From assembly GCF_035084215.1 (NCBI RefSeq), contig NW_027139453.1, positions 8,618,001-8,682,000 of the forward strand: a stretch of 64,000 nt of DNA. The letters run 5' to 3'. Of the stretch, positions 38,730 to 50,320 are shown in pieces. The notes beneath the pieces are model-generated. The model saw only the letters and a list, made by a program, of their open reading frames with translations, did no database searches and was not told the DNA's origin. Made by a program: the position numbers and the translations under genes. The stretch is from Heptranchias perlo. Lineage: Eukaryota. Every line of letters starts with the position of its first letter. Positions within the stretch are counted from its first letter, which is position 1.

Positions 38730-39140
38730 GTGCGTCTGTGTGTGTGTGTGTCTCTGAGTGTGTCTCTGAGTCTATCTGTGGGTGTGTCTGTGATTGTGTC
38801 TGTGCGTGGCTGTGTGTGGCTATGTTTGTGAATGTCAGTGTGAGTGTGAGTTTGTCCGAGTGTGTCGGTGAGTGTGGCAGTGATTGTGTCTGTGAGTGTG
38901 GTTGTGTGTGTCTGTGAGTGTGTCTGTGAGTGTGTCTGCTAGTATGTCTGCGAGTGCCCCTGTGTATGTGGCGGTGTGCGCGTCTGTGAGTGTGTCTGTG
39001 AGAGTAGTCTGTGATTGTGTCCGTGAGTGTGTCTGTGATTGTGTTTCTTTGTGTGTCTGGCTGTGACCGCGACTCTGTGTGTGGTTGTGTGTGTGTCTGT
39101 GAGTGTGTCTGTGACACTGTCTGTGTGTGTGTCTGTGAGT
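38730..39140. repeat. TG-rich cryptic repeat, right part; abuts inverted unit C
   Basis: Direct inspection. Confidence 0.92.
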
Positions 39141-39142
39141 AT

Positions 39143-40395
39143 GGCTGCAATGGAAGCTGTGACATTGGTCAACAGTCTCTGCATCATGTTTGGTTCCACA
39201 GGTGTGCTGTTGGAGGTGACCACCCGTTCTGAGTAGGAAATGATGGGCTCCACGCTCTGTGCAAAGCCCTGTGCCAAGTTTTTGGTGGTCTCCTCCATGC
39301 CCCTTGATGTTGTGTGCAAGCTTTCCAGTGCACCAAGCAATTTGTTTTGTACACCCATCAGCCATCCTCTGTAGCCTGGCACATTGAAGTCCTTATCTTA
39401 CTCCTCGGCAGCAGAACCAGTGCTCTCCGGTGAGCTGGCACCTGTGGTATCCGTTCCCCCTGCCCCGGCTCCTGCGCACTTGTGCCCGGTCTCTCACCAT
39501 GTGCCAATGCCTCCACTAAACTACGCACCGTGGGAGTCTCTGAATTGGTGGCTGGGAATATAAGATCGAGTGACGGTGTGTCTATATCATCACTGTCATC
39601 TTCGTCTGCCTCCACCCACTGGGCAGGTTCCGGTTCTTGGGCATCTGCAATGACAACGGGACACGGGTAGAGTTGTGGTGCGGGGAGAGGAGACAGAAAG
39701 ATGTGCGTGCTTACATCATTTGCAGCACGTGAGCCAGAACAGCTTGTGGGATGAGGGAGAAGTGGGAAGCAAGAAGGAGCATGACGTGTGCATTGTCGAG
39801 ACCCACTTCGTCGTTGTTGCCAGCAACCCTAGTGGCCATGGCCGCAGCGACAACCCGCCCAATGATGGCCAGCACTGTCTCCTCCACTGAGAGTCCTGCA
39901 AGATGTTTGTGTGATGTGGCTGTCATGGTTGTGATTAATGGTGCATTTGGTAGGAGACACCACTTGACAGTTGAATTTACTCACCTTGAGCACTCGTGTC
40001 AAAAGGTTGAACTTCTTCGTGCAATGCATCCGTGTGTGTGGTGCCATGCTCCTGGTATTGAATCCAATCTCAGTATGTGTCTGGTGGGCCCATTGCACAC
40101 AACCAACAACCTCCCCCAACCCGGCCCTGCGGATACTTGATGCCCCTCTGTGTGTCACTCTCCTCCACTAAATCCTCCAATGCGTAGCCTGAGAAACTTG
40201 TTGCACGCAGGCCCCGCAATTACGACAGAAGTGTTTTTAAATCAGAAAGGTGTCACATCAGGGGACACCTCACAGTTCTGGACACTGGGTGAAATACACT
40301 GAGGTGATTATAAACACAGAAAGCTGTCAAATCAGGGGACACCTCACAGTTCTGGACACTGGGTGAAATACACTGAGGTATTTATAAACACAGAG
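39143..40395 (-). pseudogene. Second Myb gene and 74-bp repeat (about 2 units), inverted (copy C)
   Basis: Reverse complement of about 7370-8772; RMHCTKKFNLLTRVLK|gtgagt. Confidence 0.75.
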
Positions 40396-40704
40396 GTGCT
40401 TTTATTGGAGAACCACCAAAAATGGACGCTGGCATCGCGGTAAGGAATGAAACCACACCCTTTGGTTGTAATGCAGGCAGCACAAAACATTCTTGCTGTC
40501 TGATGATTTCAATGATTGCTGCTTGCAGCCAGTGCTACCTCCGCTGTTGATTAGCTGCAGGCACCAGCAGGCTGTCCAGATCCCGGGTGTGGCTCGTTCC
40601 ACTTAAATGCAGCCTGCACCTCTTAAACGGGAGGAACAATGTGGCTGCAGGAAGTGGTGGAAGCCCATTGGGAAGTAAATCTGTGCTGGAAAATACTGAA
40701 GGAT

Positions 40705-41145
40705 AAAAACAAAAGATTTGAATTTATATAGCTCTTTTCACAATCTCAGGACATACCAAAGCGCTTTAAAGCCAATGAAGTGCAGTCACGATTGAAATGA
40801 AGTTAACTGGCAGCCAATTTGCGCACAGCACGCTCCCATAAACAGCAGTTTCATAATGAGCAGATAATCCGTGTTTTCGTGATGTTGGTTGAGGGATAAA
40901 TATTGGCCTCAGGACACCGGGGAGGACTCCCGTGCTCTTCTTCGCAATAGTGCCATTTTGTCTTTAATGTCCACCTGAGAGGGCAGATCGAGCGACGGTT
41001 TCATGTGTCATCGGAAAGACGGCTCCTCCAACAATGCTGTACTCCCTCAGTACTGCACTGGAGTGTAAGCCGAGATTTTATGCTGAAGTTTCTGGGTTGG
41101 GTCTCGACATTCTGACTCACGAGAGGTCGACCCACTGAGCCCCAG
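40705..41145 (-). mobile_element. DeuSINE-type SINE (copy C, inverted)
   Basis: Reverse complement of 6610-7065. Confidence 0.75.
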
Positions 41146-41159
41146 CTGACACTGTGAAT

Positions 41160-42000
41160 GGCTGCGTCTGTGGGAGCTTGCACCAGGTTCTCTGCTGGAA
41201 GAGGTAGAGAGGAGGAGGGGAATCCTATGTCCGCGCGGGTAGGGGGCGAGGGGACGGTGATGGGTGGGCATGAGGCCTTCCAGGTATATGCTCAAGTGGC
41301 AGTGGGAGGAAGTAATGAAAGAGGTCAATGCCAGTAGTGGTAGCACCAAGAACAGGAAGGAGTTCAATGATTTGACACGACTGGTTAAGGTGAATGAGGT
41401 CAACTGTCAAGTGGCGTCTCCTACTGTTTAGACATGAATGAGGGAAAGTGAAACAATGAAGACTGAGAGAGTTGAACAGCCACCCAACCAAAGTCAAGTC
41501 GAGGCCATGTCCTTGCCTAACAATTGACTTCCTGTTGTACGGATGGAAATTGGGTATTATTCAAAGCCCGGGGAAAATATACATAAGATTGAACTTGCTG
41601 CCTGTTGAACGATCAACGGAGACAACCAGTCAAATACATGGAAGTCACATGTTCCTCTGAACAGGACACAGCAATCGGGGCAAGATTGAGTTTGATGGGA
41701 GAAAACTCACACCTAATTGAGGTGGACAAAGACAGACTAGTCTTTGTGGGGGAAATGACTTTTCCAAAGCCAGTTGGTTTTAAGTGGTGTTTGAGTGGCT
41801 GACAAAGATACCCAGTCTGTGTGTATTAAGTGCTCGAGGTCGACCTCTATGGCCATCTGCACTCTCCTCCACTGAAGGTCAGCAGCCTCCCACCACCCAT
41901 GCTCCAGCCACTGCGGATGCACCTTGTCGGAGCACTAAGATAGGTAAAGGCACAGGAGTGGCAGGCACTAAAATAATGCACAAGGGTAAATCGGGTAATG
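41160..42000 (+). pseudogene. Harbinger Myb/SANT gene remnant with internal deletion (copy C)
   Basis: LLEEVERRRGILCP...WQWEEVMKEVNA..RKEFNDLTRLVK|gtgaat; deletion junction near 41830. Confidence 0.7.
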
Positions 42001-42239
42001 GTGTTCACATGATTTCACGTGTTAGTTTATAAATTTGTATTTGAAGTGTTTGATGTTGGATATATTAATGTGCTGCGGGAGGAAGCAATGTTTAATCACG
42101 AGGAGGACGATTGGGATGTGGGAGAGGACAGGTGGGGAATGCAAGAGTGTTGGTGACTTGGCAGGTGTTGTTGAGGTTACTGATATCACTCATTAATAAT
42201 GTGAGCACGTAGAGCCCTTGCAGACGGGATCTGTACAAC

Positions 42240-43317
42240 TTATTGCCTCCTTGCCTCCTCCTCCAGTTCCTCCTCGCCCTCCTCTTCCTCCGCTCCCTCC
42301 TTTTCCTCTGCCTGTAGCTCAGGATCACGCCAGATAGACAGTGGCCAGGGCTGTTGCGTTATGAGGGCGAGGTGGTGCAGCATACATCGACGAATCTTGA
42401 CACCCGCTAAGCGGAGTGCTGCAGGGTTCCACCAGAATGGACCAGGCAGCGGAAGCGTATCTTGAGGACACCAACAGTGCGCTCGGTGACGTTTTGTGTG
42501 GCTGCATGACTCCCTCTGTCGGCCTGCTCTGCGTGTGTGCGTGTGTTCCTGACCGGAGTCGTGAGCCAACTCATGAGGGGATAGATCTGGTCGCCCAATA
42601 GGCAGCCGTTGACCTGCCATGCTGACAGGACTGACGCATAATGAAGGTGTCATACTGCTGACAAGGTAGCGGGCATTGACCTGTATGATGCGTTGCATAT
42701 GGTCGCACACCAGGTGTATATTGAAGGAGTGGAAGAACTTTCTGTTCATGAACATGGCCAAGTTGATATTTGGAGCACACATGGCAATGTGCTTGCAGTC
42801 AATGGCACCATGGGGAAGCAATGCGAGCAAAGCCTCGCTCTCGCTCATTCTGCTTCTCTCTGTCAAGTGGGAATGTGATGAACCTTTTACACAGCTCGTA
42901 CAGTGCCTCAGTGACCTCCCTTATACAGCAGTGCACTGCAAACTGTGAGATGTTGCTCACATCACCAGCAGAGGCCTGAAAGGATCCAGAGCCGTAAATT
43001 TTCAGCGCCATGGTTACCTTGACAGCAACAGACAAAGCTGTCCTTGCCCTGCTCTGAGGCTGCAGTTGTGGCTGCAGAAGTTGACAAATCTATGTTGGGA
43101 ACTGTTTCGTGAACTACAGCCATCGGATGCACTGACCTCCGCTTATGTTGAGGTAAGAGTATTGTTCACTGAAGGCCTTCATGAGATACAGCCTCCTGCT
43201 CAGTGCACTGCACCTCCTCCTCCTCCCTCTCCTCGCAGCTTGATCTGCTCCTCCTGACCTCTCTGCTTGTTCCATGTCGTCTTCTACACTCGGCGGGAGC
43301 TCCAGCAGGTCACCCAT
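42240..43317 (-). pseudogene. HARBI1-like: Harbinger transposase, HARBI1-like, frameshifted (copy C)
   Basis: GSGSFQ, GAIDCKH, NRKFFHSFN, HAATQNVTERTVGVLKIRFRCL motifs. Confidence 0.88.
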
Positions 43318-43588
43318 GGCTGGCAGAAATCTTGTTCAGCGCACTGTTGTAAATGACACCAACAATGTAAGACCTGCCAAACCGCTCTTTATTTAGTGTA
43401 GCAACTCTATCCATAAATAGGAAGCATGAAGAAACAAGTAAAATTTTACCAGCAGCCAGAAGCAATAATCCAGCTTCAATGCTGTCAGACTGCGGGTCTC
43501 AAAGTTTCTGTTGTTCCAAATATTTATTGAAGGAATAAACTGGGCTTTGTGCTTTCCATCTAAGTAATACTTGATTAAATATATGTTT

Positions 43589-43709
43589 TGATGTCATATT
43601 CGTTGAATTTAAAGTTGTTAACCGAATCTGTTTGTTCAGTGACTGGAATTAATATCAGTCTCCGTGGGCCCTAATTGTCTCAATGGAATTTTTTCGTGTG
43701 CTATAAATA
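43589..43709 (+). promoter_or_regulatory. Putative GPCR-C promoter: CRE-like TGATGTCA (43589-43596) and TATAAATA (43702-43709)
   Basis: The octamer is conserved in all three copies (2391-2398, 24684-24691); the TATA lies about 135 bp before the ATG. Confidence 0.45.
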
Positions 43710-43842
43710 AGCGAATACATTCAATTTGTTATCCAATAGTGTCAGTGAGAGCATCACCTCTGGCACTAACAGGGATCAGCGGATCTACAGAGTGGGAGAG
43801 AATAGATCGGAACCCGGGAACAATAGAAAGGAATTTTAAACA

Positions 43843-45893
43843 ATGTGTCGGAATCTTAGAACAATAGATTGGAATGTTACAGCAATGGGTCGGAATCTTA
43901 GAACAATAGATTGGAATGTTACAACAATGGGTCAGAATCTTAGAACAATAGATTGGGACAGTCCATTCTGGATATTTCAATATCTGTATGTATATTATGC
44001 TTCAATGTCATTAGAGGGGAGGACACATTTTGTGCTTTTGAGCACACAATTAATATACTATCCGCTCCTCGCTGCTGTCGGTGTTCCAGGTAAGTCTCAA
44101 TATCCAACTATTAATTCTATAAACCATGTTCCACTGTATTACTGTCCTTGTCATTCCCTGTGCCATACTCTCTGCTGTTCGAGTTTCCGGGAAGACTCTG
44201 TATTCCCTGTAAAAATTAAAATGTTAACTTGGGATGGAAAATATAGCGATAGGGGGAACATAGATGGGAAATATATTTATGGGGGTTTTCTAGGTGTGAG
44301 GGTTAATTTACAATGGATCCATGGGAGTGAGTTTGTCTATTCAGGGAGCCCTCGCATGAGCCTGTTTTTACTGGGACCTGAGGGTGTGTCAGCATTTACA
44401 GGGGGTTCAGAGATGCTACTATTATTTGCAGGGAATCCAGGAACGAAAGTAAAATTTGCAGGGGGATGAAGAGACAGCACGAATATTTAAAGGCGATCAA
44501 GAAACTGTACTAATATTTAAAGGTGGATCCAGGGACTGTACTAATATGTACAGGGGGATCCAGAGACTGTACTAATATTTAGTGGGGATCCAGTGACGGT
44601 ACTAATGTTCACAGTTGATCCGGAGGTGGAATTAATACTTACAGGAGGATCCACGGAGGCATCTAATATTTACAGGAGACCCAGATACTGTGCTAATACT
44701 TGGAGGGCATCCAGAGATTGTACTATACTTACAGGGGTCCAGAGACTGTACAAATATTTTCAGGGGATCAAGAGAATGTGCTCATATTTACAGTTGATCC
44801 AGAGACTGTACTAATATTTACCGGGTATCCGGAGACTGTACTAATATTTACAGGAGAACCAGAGATTCTATTAATATTTACAGGACATCCAGAGACTGCA
44901 TGAGTATTTATAGGTGGTTCCAGAGATGTTATTATTGTTCAAAGAGGGTGCCAGCTTGATCTAGAATTTTCATTTTTATTTCCCTTCCTTGCAGTTAATT
45001 TATTGACAATTGTGATCCTATCTCGTGGAAAGTGCGGTCTCTCCAAATGTGTCACTCGCTACCTGGTGTCCATGGCAGCGGCGGATCTACTGGTCATTAT
45101 CATCGATCTGATATTGAGGCAGATTCCCATTCTTTATCGTTCACTGTTCACTTTTCTATACCAACTTCCCTTGTGTAATATCCACGCCGCCCTGCTTTAT
45201 GCAGTCACGGACTGTTCTGTCTGGTTCACCGTCACATTCACCTTTGATCGATTTGTGGCCATTTGTTGCCAGAAGCTGAAAACTAAATATTGCAACGAGA
45301 AAACGGCGGCTGTGGTTCTGGGAACAGTGAGTCTGCTGAGCTGTTTGAAGAACATTTTCTGGTACTTTATTTTCGAAGGTCCATATCAGCTTTCCAATAC
45401 CCCTTGGTTTTGTTTTCCAGTGATAGGTGTTGTATCATCACCGGTATGGGCAGTAATCGAACTCCTTCATTATGTCCTGAATCCATGTGTCCCATTTATT
45501 CTGATTCTGTTCCTCAATGTTTTAACAGTCAGACACATTTTAGTGGCCAGCAGAGCCCGAAGGAGACTCCGGGGTCACAGCAGTGGGGAGAGTCCCAGAG
45601 ACCCAGAGATGGAGAGTCGCAGGAAATCAATGATTTTACTGTTTGTTATATCAGGAAACTTTATCGTGTTATGGGTGGTGTTCATGTTTTATTCTATTAA
45701 TCGACGATTGTTGTATTTGGACTCTACGTCTGTAATTCCACCTCCACTTGTACAAGAGCTGGGATTTATGCTCCAGCTCCTGAGTTGCTGCACAAACACC
45801 TGTTTTTATGCCGTGACCCAGGCGAAATTCAGAGAGCAGTTGAAGAACGTGGTGAAATATCCCTTTACTGTAATTGTTCAATTCATTAAATAG
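43843..45893 (+). CDS. GPR139-like: GPR139/GPR142-like GPCR copy C, intact: exon 1 43843..44089, exon 2 44995..45893, 381 aa
   Basis: CCAG|GTAAGT donor and ttgcAG|TTAAT acceptor give YYPLLAAVGVP-VNLLTIVILS, with the intron in TM1 as recalled for GPR139. Seven hydrophobic segments; MAAADLL, SVWFTV, FDRFVAIC motifs; 1146 nt open to TAG. Confidence 0.93.
44470..44930. repeat. 30-bp intronic minisatellite in GPCR-C (short, degenerate)
   Basis: gatccagagactgtactaatatttacagg units. Confidence 0.9.
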
Positions 45894-45959
45894 TGCGAAG
45901 AGCTGAGACTGCAGAGTGAGTTCTCTTTCATTCCGACAGGCTGCGGTGCTGCAAACACT

Positions 45960-47300
45960 GGGGAGAGCCCGGGACTGAAGGTGTCGGTGATCAGTGTGTT
46001 ATTGGGACGGGAGGTAGAGGAGATCCCAGGACTGCAGGTATCGTTGATCAGTGTGCTAATGGGGCGGGAGGTAGAGGAGATATCCAGACTGGAGGTTTTG
46101 ATAATCAGTGTGTTAATGTGGCAGGAGGTAGAGGAGATCCAGGGACTGTAGGTGTCGGTATTCAGTGTGTTAATGGGACGGTAGGTAGAGGAGATCCAGG
46201 GACTGTAGGTGTCGGTAATCAGTGTGTTAATGGGGCGGGAGGTAGAGGAGATTCGGGGAGTGTAAGTCTCGGTGAGCAGTGTGGTAATGGGGCGGGAGGT
46301 AGAGGAAATTCCAGGACTGTAGGTGTCGGTGATCAGTGTGTTAATGGGACGGGAGGTAGAGGAGATCCCGGGACTGTAGGTGTCGGTGATCAGTGTGTTA
46401 ATGGGTCGGGAGGTAGAGGAGATCCCGGGACTGTCGGTGTCGGTGATCAGTGTGTTAATGGGACGGGAGGTAGAGGAGATCCCAGGACTGTAAGTGTCAG
46501 TTAGCAGTGTGGTAATGGGACGGGAGGTAGAGGAGATCCCAGGACTGTAAGTGTCAGTTAGCAGTGTGGTAATGGGACGGGAGGTAGAGGAGATCCCGGG
46601 ACTGCAGGTGTCGGTAATCAGTTTGTTACTGGGACGGGATGTAGAGGAGATCGCGGGACTGTAAGTGTCTGTGATCATTGAGTTAATGGGGCGGGAGGTC
46701 GAGGAGATCTCAGGACTCTAGGTGTCTGTGATCATTGGGTTAATGGGACGGGAGGTAGAGGAGATCCCAGGACTGTAGGTGTCGGTGATCAGTGTGTTAA
46801 TGAGGCGGGAGGTAGAGGAGAACCCAGGACTGTAGGTGGCGGTGATCAATGTGTTAATGGTGAGGGAGCTAGAGGAGATCCCGGGACTGTAAGTGTCGGT
46901 GATTAGTGTGGAATTGGAGCGGAATGTGGATGAGATCCCAGGAATTTAGGTGTCCGTGATCAGTGTGTTAATCGGGCGGGAGTTAGAGGACATCCCGGGA
47001 CTGTAAGTATCGGTGATTAATTTGGTAATGGCGGGTGTCTGGGGGGGGGGGGGGGGAGGTAGAGGAGTTTCCTGGACTGTAGGTGTCGATGATCAGTTCG
47101 TTAATGGGGCGGGAGGTCAAGGAGATCCCAGGACTGTAGGTATCGGTGATCAGTGTGTAAATGGAGCGGGGGGTGGAGGAGATTCCAGAACTCTATGTAT
47201 CAGTGATCAGTTTGTTACTGGGACGGGATATAGAGGAGATTCCGTGACTGTCGGCGTCGGTGATCAGTGTGCTAATGGGGCGGGAGGTAGAGGAGATGGC
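45960..47300. repeat. 57-bp minisatellite downstream of GPCR-C (about 23 units)
   Basis: 19-aa periodic antisense ORF ITDTYSPGISSTSRPINTL. Confidence 0.95.
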
Positions 47301-47804
47301 CGTACAGGAGGTCGGGAAATTGACAGGATCGGATGCAAAGCTGGTTTGACATCCATCCTGATAAACCTTCAGTGGGGAGTACAATTGGGTGGGATGTTAA
47401 ACCAGCGTTGCACCTAATCCGATCAGTTTCCTGATTGCTGGGTTAGGTTAAAATCGCCCTCATGTCTTCGATGTATGAACCCCGATTTTAACCGAACGAG
47501 CCTGGTGGAAAACTGGCGTGTTCAGTTCAGATGCTAAGATCGAACGGGGTATAAAAAGTGTGTCCTAGCCCCAAACCCATCTATTTCATGCCTGGTGGGT
47601 GCGGTTAACATTTCACCCACTTAGTGGGTCGGTCGGATTATAACAGGCCCTTTGATATTTCAATTATAAAATGTAGATCTAAATGTGCGGTATCAGGGGC
47701 TTTCTCCCCAAACGTGTCCTTACTTTATGAAATAAACATGGAGTTGAATACATTCTGGGAGAGATCACCTCACTCCAGGGCGTGCTGTATGTAGCTGCTA
47801 AATA

Positions 47805-48415
47805 ACAATAACAACAATAACTTGCATTTATTTAGCGCCTATAACGTAGTAAAACGTCCCAAGGGACTTCACAGGAGCGATTTTCATACAACATTTGAGA
47901 CCGAGCCATATAAGGAGATATTAAGAGAGGTCGAATGGGGTAAATTTTAAGGAGCATTTTTATGGAGGAGAGAGTTGGAGAGGCTGGGCAGGGGGTAGAT
48001 TCCAGAGCTTATGGCCTTACCAGCTAAAGGAACAGCCGCCATTGGTGGGGCGGAGATGCACAAAGGACAAAAATTGGAGAAGGGAGGGGGTGAGAGTCAT
48101 GGAGGGATTTCGAGACGAGGATGAGAATTTTAAAGTCGAGGCGCTCCTGGACCGGGAGCCAATGTCGGTCAGCGAGCAGAGGGGTGATGGGAGAACGGTA
48201 CATTGTGCGAGTTAAGATACGGGCAGCAGGGTTTTGGATGAGCTCAAGATTATGGAGAGTGGAAAATGGGAGGCCGGCCAGGAGAGCATTAGAATAGACC
48301 AGTCTAGAGGTGACAGAGGCATGGATGAGGCTTTTAGCAGCAGATGAGCTGAGGAAGGGCTGGAGACGGGCGATGTTACGGAGGTGGAAGTAAGGGGTCT
48401 TGGTGATGGAGTGGA
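47805..48415 (-). mobile_element. L2 LINE 3' fragment
   Basis: YFHLRNIARL...LIHASVTSRLVYSNALLAGLP...IQNPAARIL...HWLPV, typical of the L2 ORF2 C-terminus; (aac)n tail. Confidence 0.88.
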
Positions 48416-48889
48416 TACTCCAAACAATGCGGTTCCCCAAGGGGCTTGGCTGAGGGACACTGAGAGCTCGCAATCCACCAGGAGATGGAGATGGTTTGCA
48501 CAAATTGACCAACAGGGGATATTTGGCAGTTCATGTAGTTGTATTGAGATTATCAAAGTACGACCTGGCCTGAATCTAAGAATGGAAACAGAATGCTCGT
48601 TACTTTCAAAAAATCAATTTCTCTTCACATAAAACTCAACATCATGTCTCTTGATCATCTTCAGGATAAGTGATCTCACCTTACAATCTCTCCGCTCTGC
48701 CTGCCGCCCATGATTGACTTTCGATTCCTACCTAACAGCGCTGTGAGAGCACCTTTCCCTCATGGACTACAGAGTTTCAAGAAGAAGACCCACCACCACC
48801 TTCTCAGGGGCAATTAGGGGATGGGCAATCAATGTCGGCCTTGCCAGCGGCGCTCACATCCCGTGGAGGAATAAAAAATACAATATTTT

Positions 48890-49485
48890 CTCTCTCACAC
48901 TCAGTGCCAATTAACCGTCCAATATACACAGCCTATTATCCAATGCGACCCATTACCTGATATGGATGGGAATTATCCTGTGAACATACTCACTCTAACA
49001 TCCAGTGCTCATTAGTTTCTTAATATGCACAGCCCTTGCCCAATACTGACACAATACGGATATGGGAGGGATTTATCCGGTGAATATTCTCTCCCCAACC
49101 CTCAGTATCCATTAATTTACCAATATAAACTGTCCATTGACCAGTACTGACAGATGGCTTCTGTTTGAGGGAATTATCCTGTGAATATTCACTTTCTAAC
49201 AGTGCGCATTAAAATTTCAATACACACGGTCCATTTCTCAATACAGACACATTACAGATATGGGAGGGATTTATCCTGGGAATATTATCAGTATAACACT
49301 CGGTTCTCATTAAATATGCTGCATATCAGCAACACAAGATATGAAGACATGTCTTATTTGGAACTTTAATAGACACTTGATGTTAGGGAGAGAATACCCA
49401 ATAATGTGTAAATATTGGGGAATGGGCTGTGTATATTGGAACTATAATGGCACTGAGTGTCAGAGAGAGAATATTCACAGGATCA
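48890..49485. repeat. About 100-bp AT-rich repeat, four direct units followed by inverted units
   Basis: ttatcc(t/g)gtgaa motif near 48970, 49070, 49170, 49270; 49420-49470 is the reverse complement of 48893-48945. Confidence 0.65.
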
Positions 49486-49589
49486 ATCCAATGAAGCACA
49501 TCTGTCAGCCGTGGCTCAGTTGGCAGCATTCAAGCCTTTGGCTCCTAAATTTGTCGCTGTTTTATGCCCCAAAGACTTTCCCGCTGGTG

Positions 49590-50240
49590 GGTGACGACGA
49601 CGACGACGACGACGATAACAACAACAACAACAACAACGAGGTTGCATTTGTACCGCGCCATTAACGTAGTAAAACTCCCTAAAGCACTTCACAGGAGCGT
49701 AAATCAACCATAAAATCGACGCCGAGCCACATAAGGAGGAATTAGGATTGGTGACCAAAAGCTCGGTCAAAGTGGTCCGTTTCAAGCAGCGTATCAAAGG
49801 AGGAGAGAGATCAAGGGAGGGAATTCCAGAGCTTGGGGCCTCCGCAGTCGAAGGCACGGCCGCCAGTGATGGTGCGAAGGAAATTGGGAATGTGCAAGAG
49901 ACCAGAATTGGATGAGTGCAGAGATCTCGAAGGGTTGAAGGAGCTGCAGGAGGTTCCAGAGATAGGGCGGGGGCGAGACCAATCGGAGATCTCGGAGAGT
50001 TGTAGGTCTGGAGGAGCTAAGAGATGGGGGGGGTGCGGGTGCGGGGGGGGATGGCCATGCAGAGATCCCGGAGGGTTGTAGGGCTGGAGGAGGTTCGAGA
50101 TAGGGGGTCGAGGGCCATGCAGCGATTTGAGAGGGCTGTAGGGGCTGGAGGAGGTTCCAGAGATAGGGAAGAGGTGCGTGGGCCTTGGAGGGTTATGAGA
50201 ACAAGTTTTCGAATTTTAAATTCGATGTGTTGGTGGAGCG
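49590..50240 (-). mobile_element. L2-type 3' end with (GAC)n(AAC)n microsatellite tail
   Basis: Similar to 47805-48170; ggaattccagagcttggggcct motif. Confidence 0.75.
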
Positions 50241-50320
50241 GGAATCTTACCTTTTCTGAGCTCAGGTTTCATTCCTGTGACTCTTATTTCTAATCTCTCT
50301 TGCCTTCCCTTTTTTTGCAG

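Larger units (their letters stand above)
1..47300. repeat. Segmental triplication: unit A 1-13660, unit B about 20940-39140 (direct), unit C about 39143-47300 (inverted)
   Basis: Same order in all three: GPCR, promoter, transposase, Myb, SINE, 74-bp repeat, Myb2. A and B also share Myb3, the 40-bp and 44-bp arrays and the TG tract. Confidence 0.92.

Noticed and set aside
44090-44469. 208-aa single-exon ORF 43843..44469
   Set aside because: Read-through of exon 1 into the intron; not conserved in frame in A or B.
45878-46678. Mucin-like Ser/Thr/Pro ORF
   Set aside because: Antisense translation of the 57-bp VNTR; no signal peptide or splice context.
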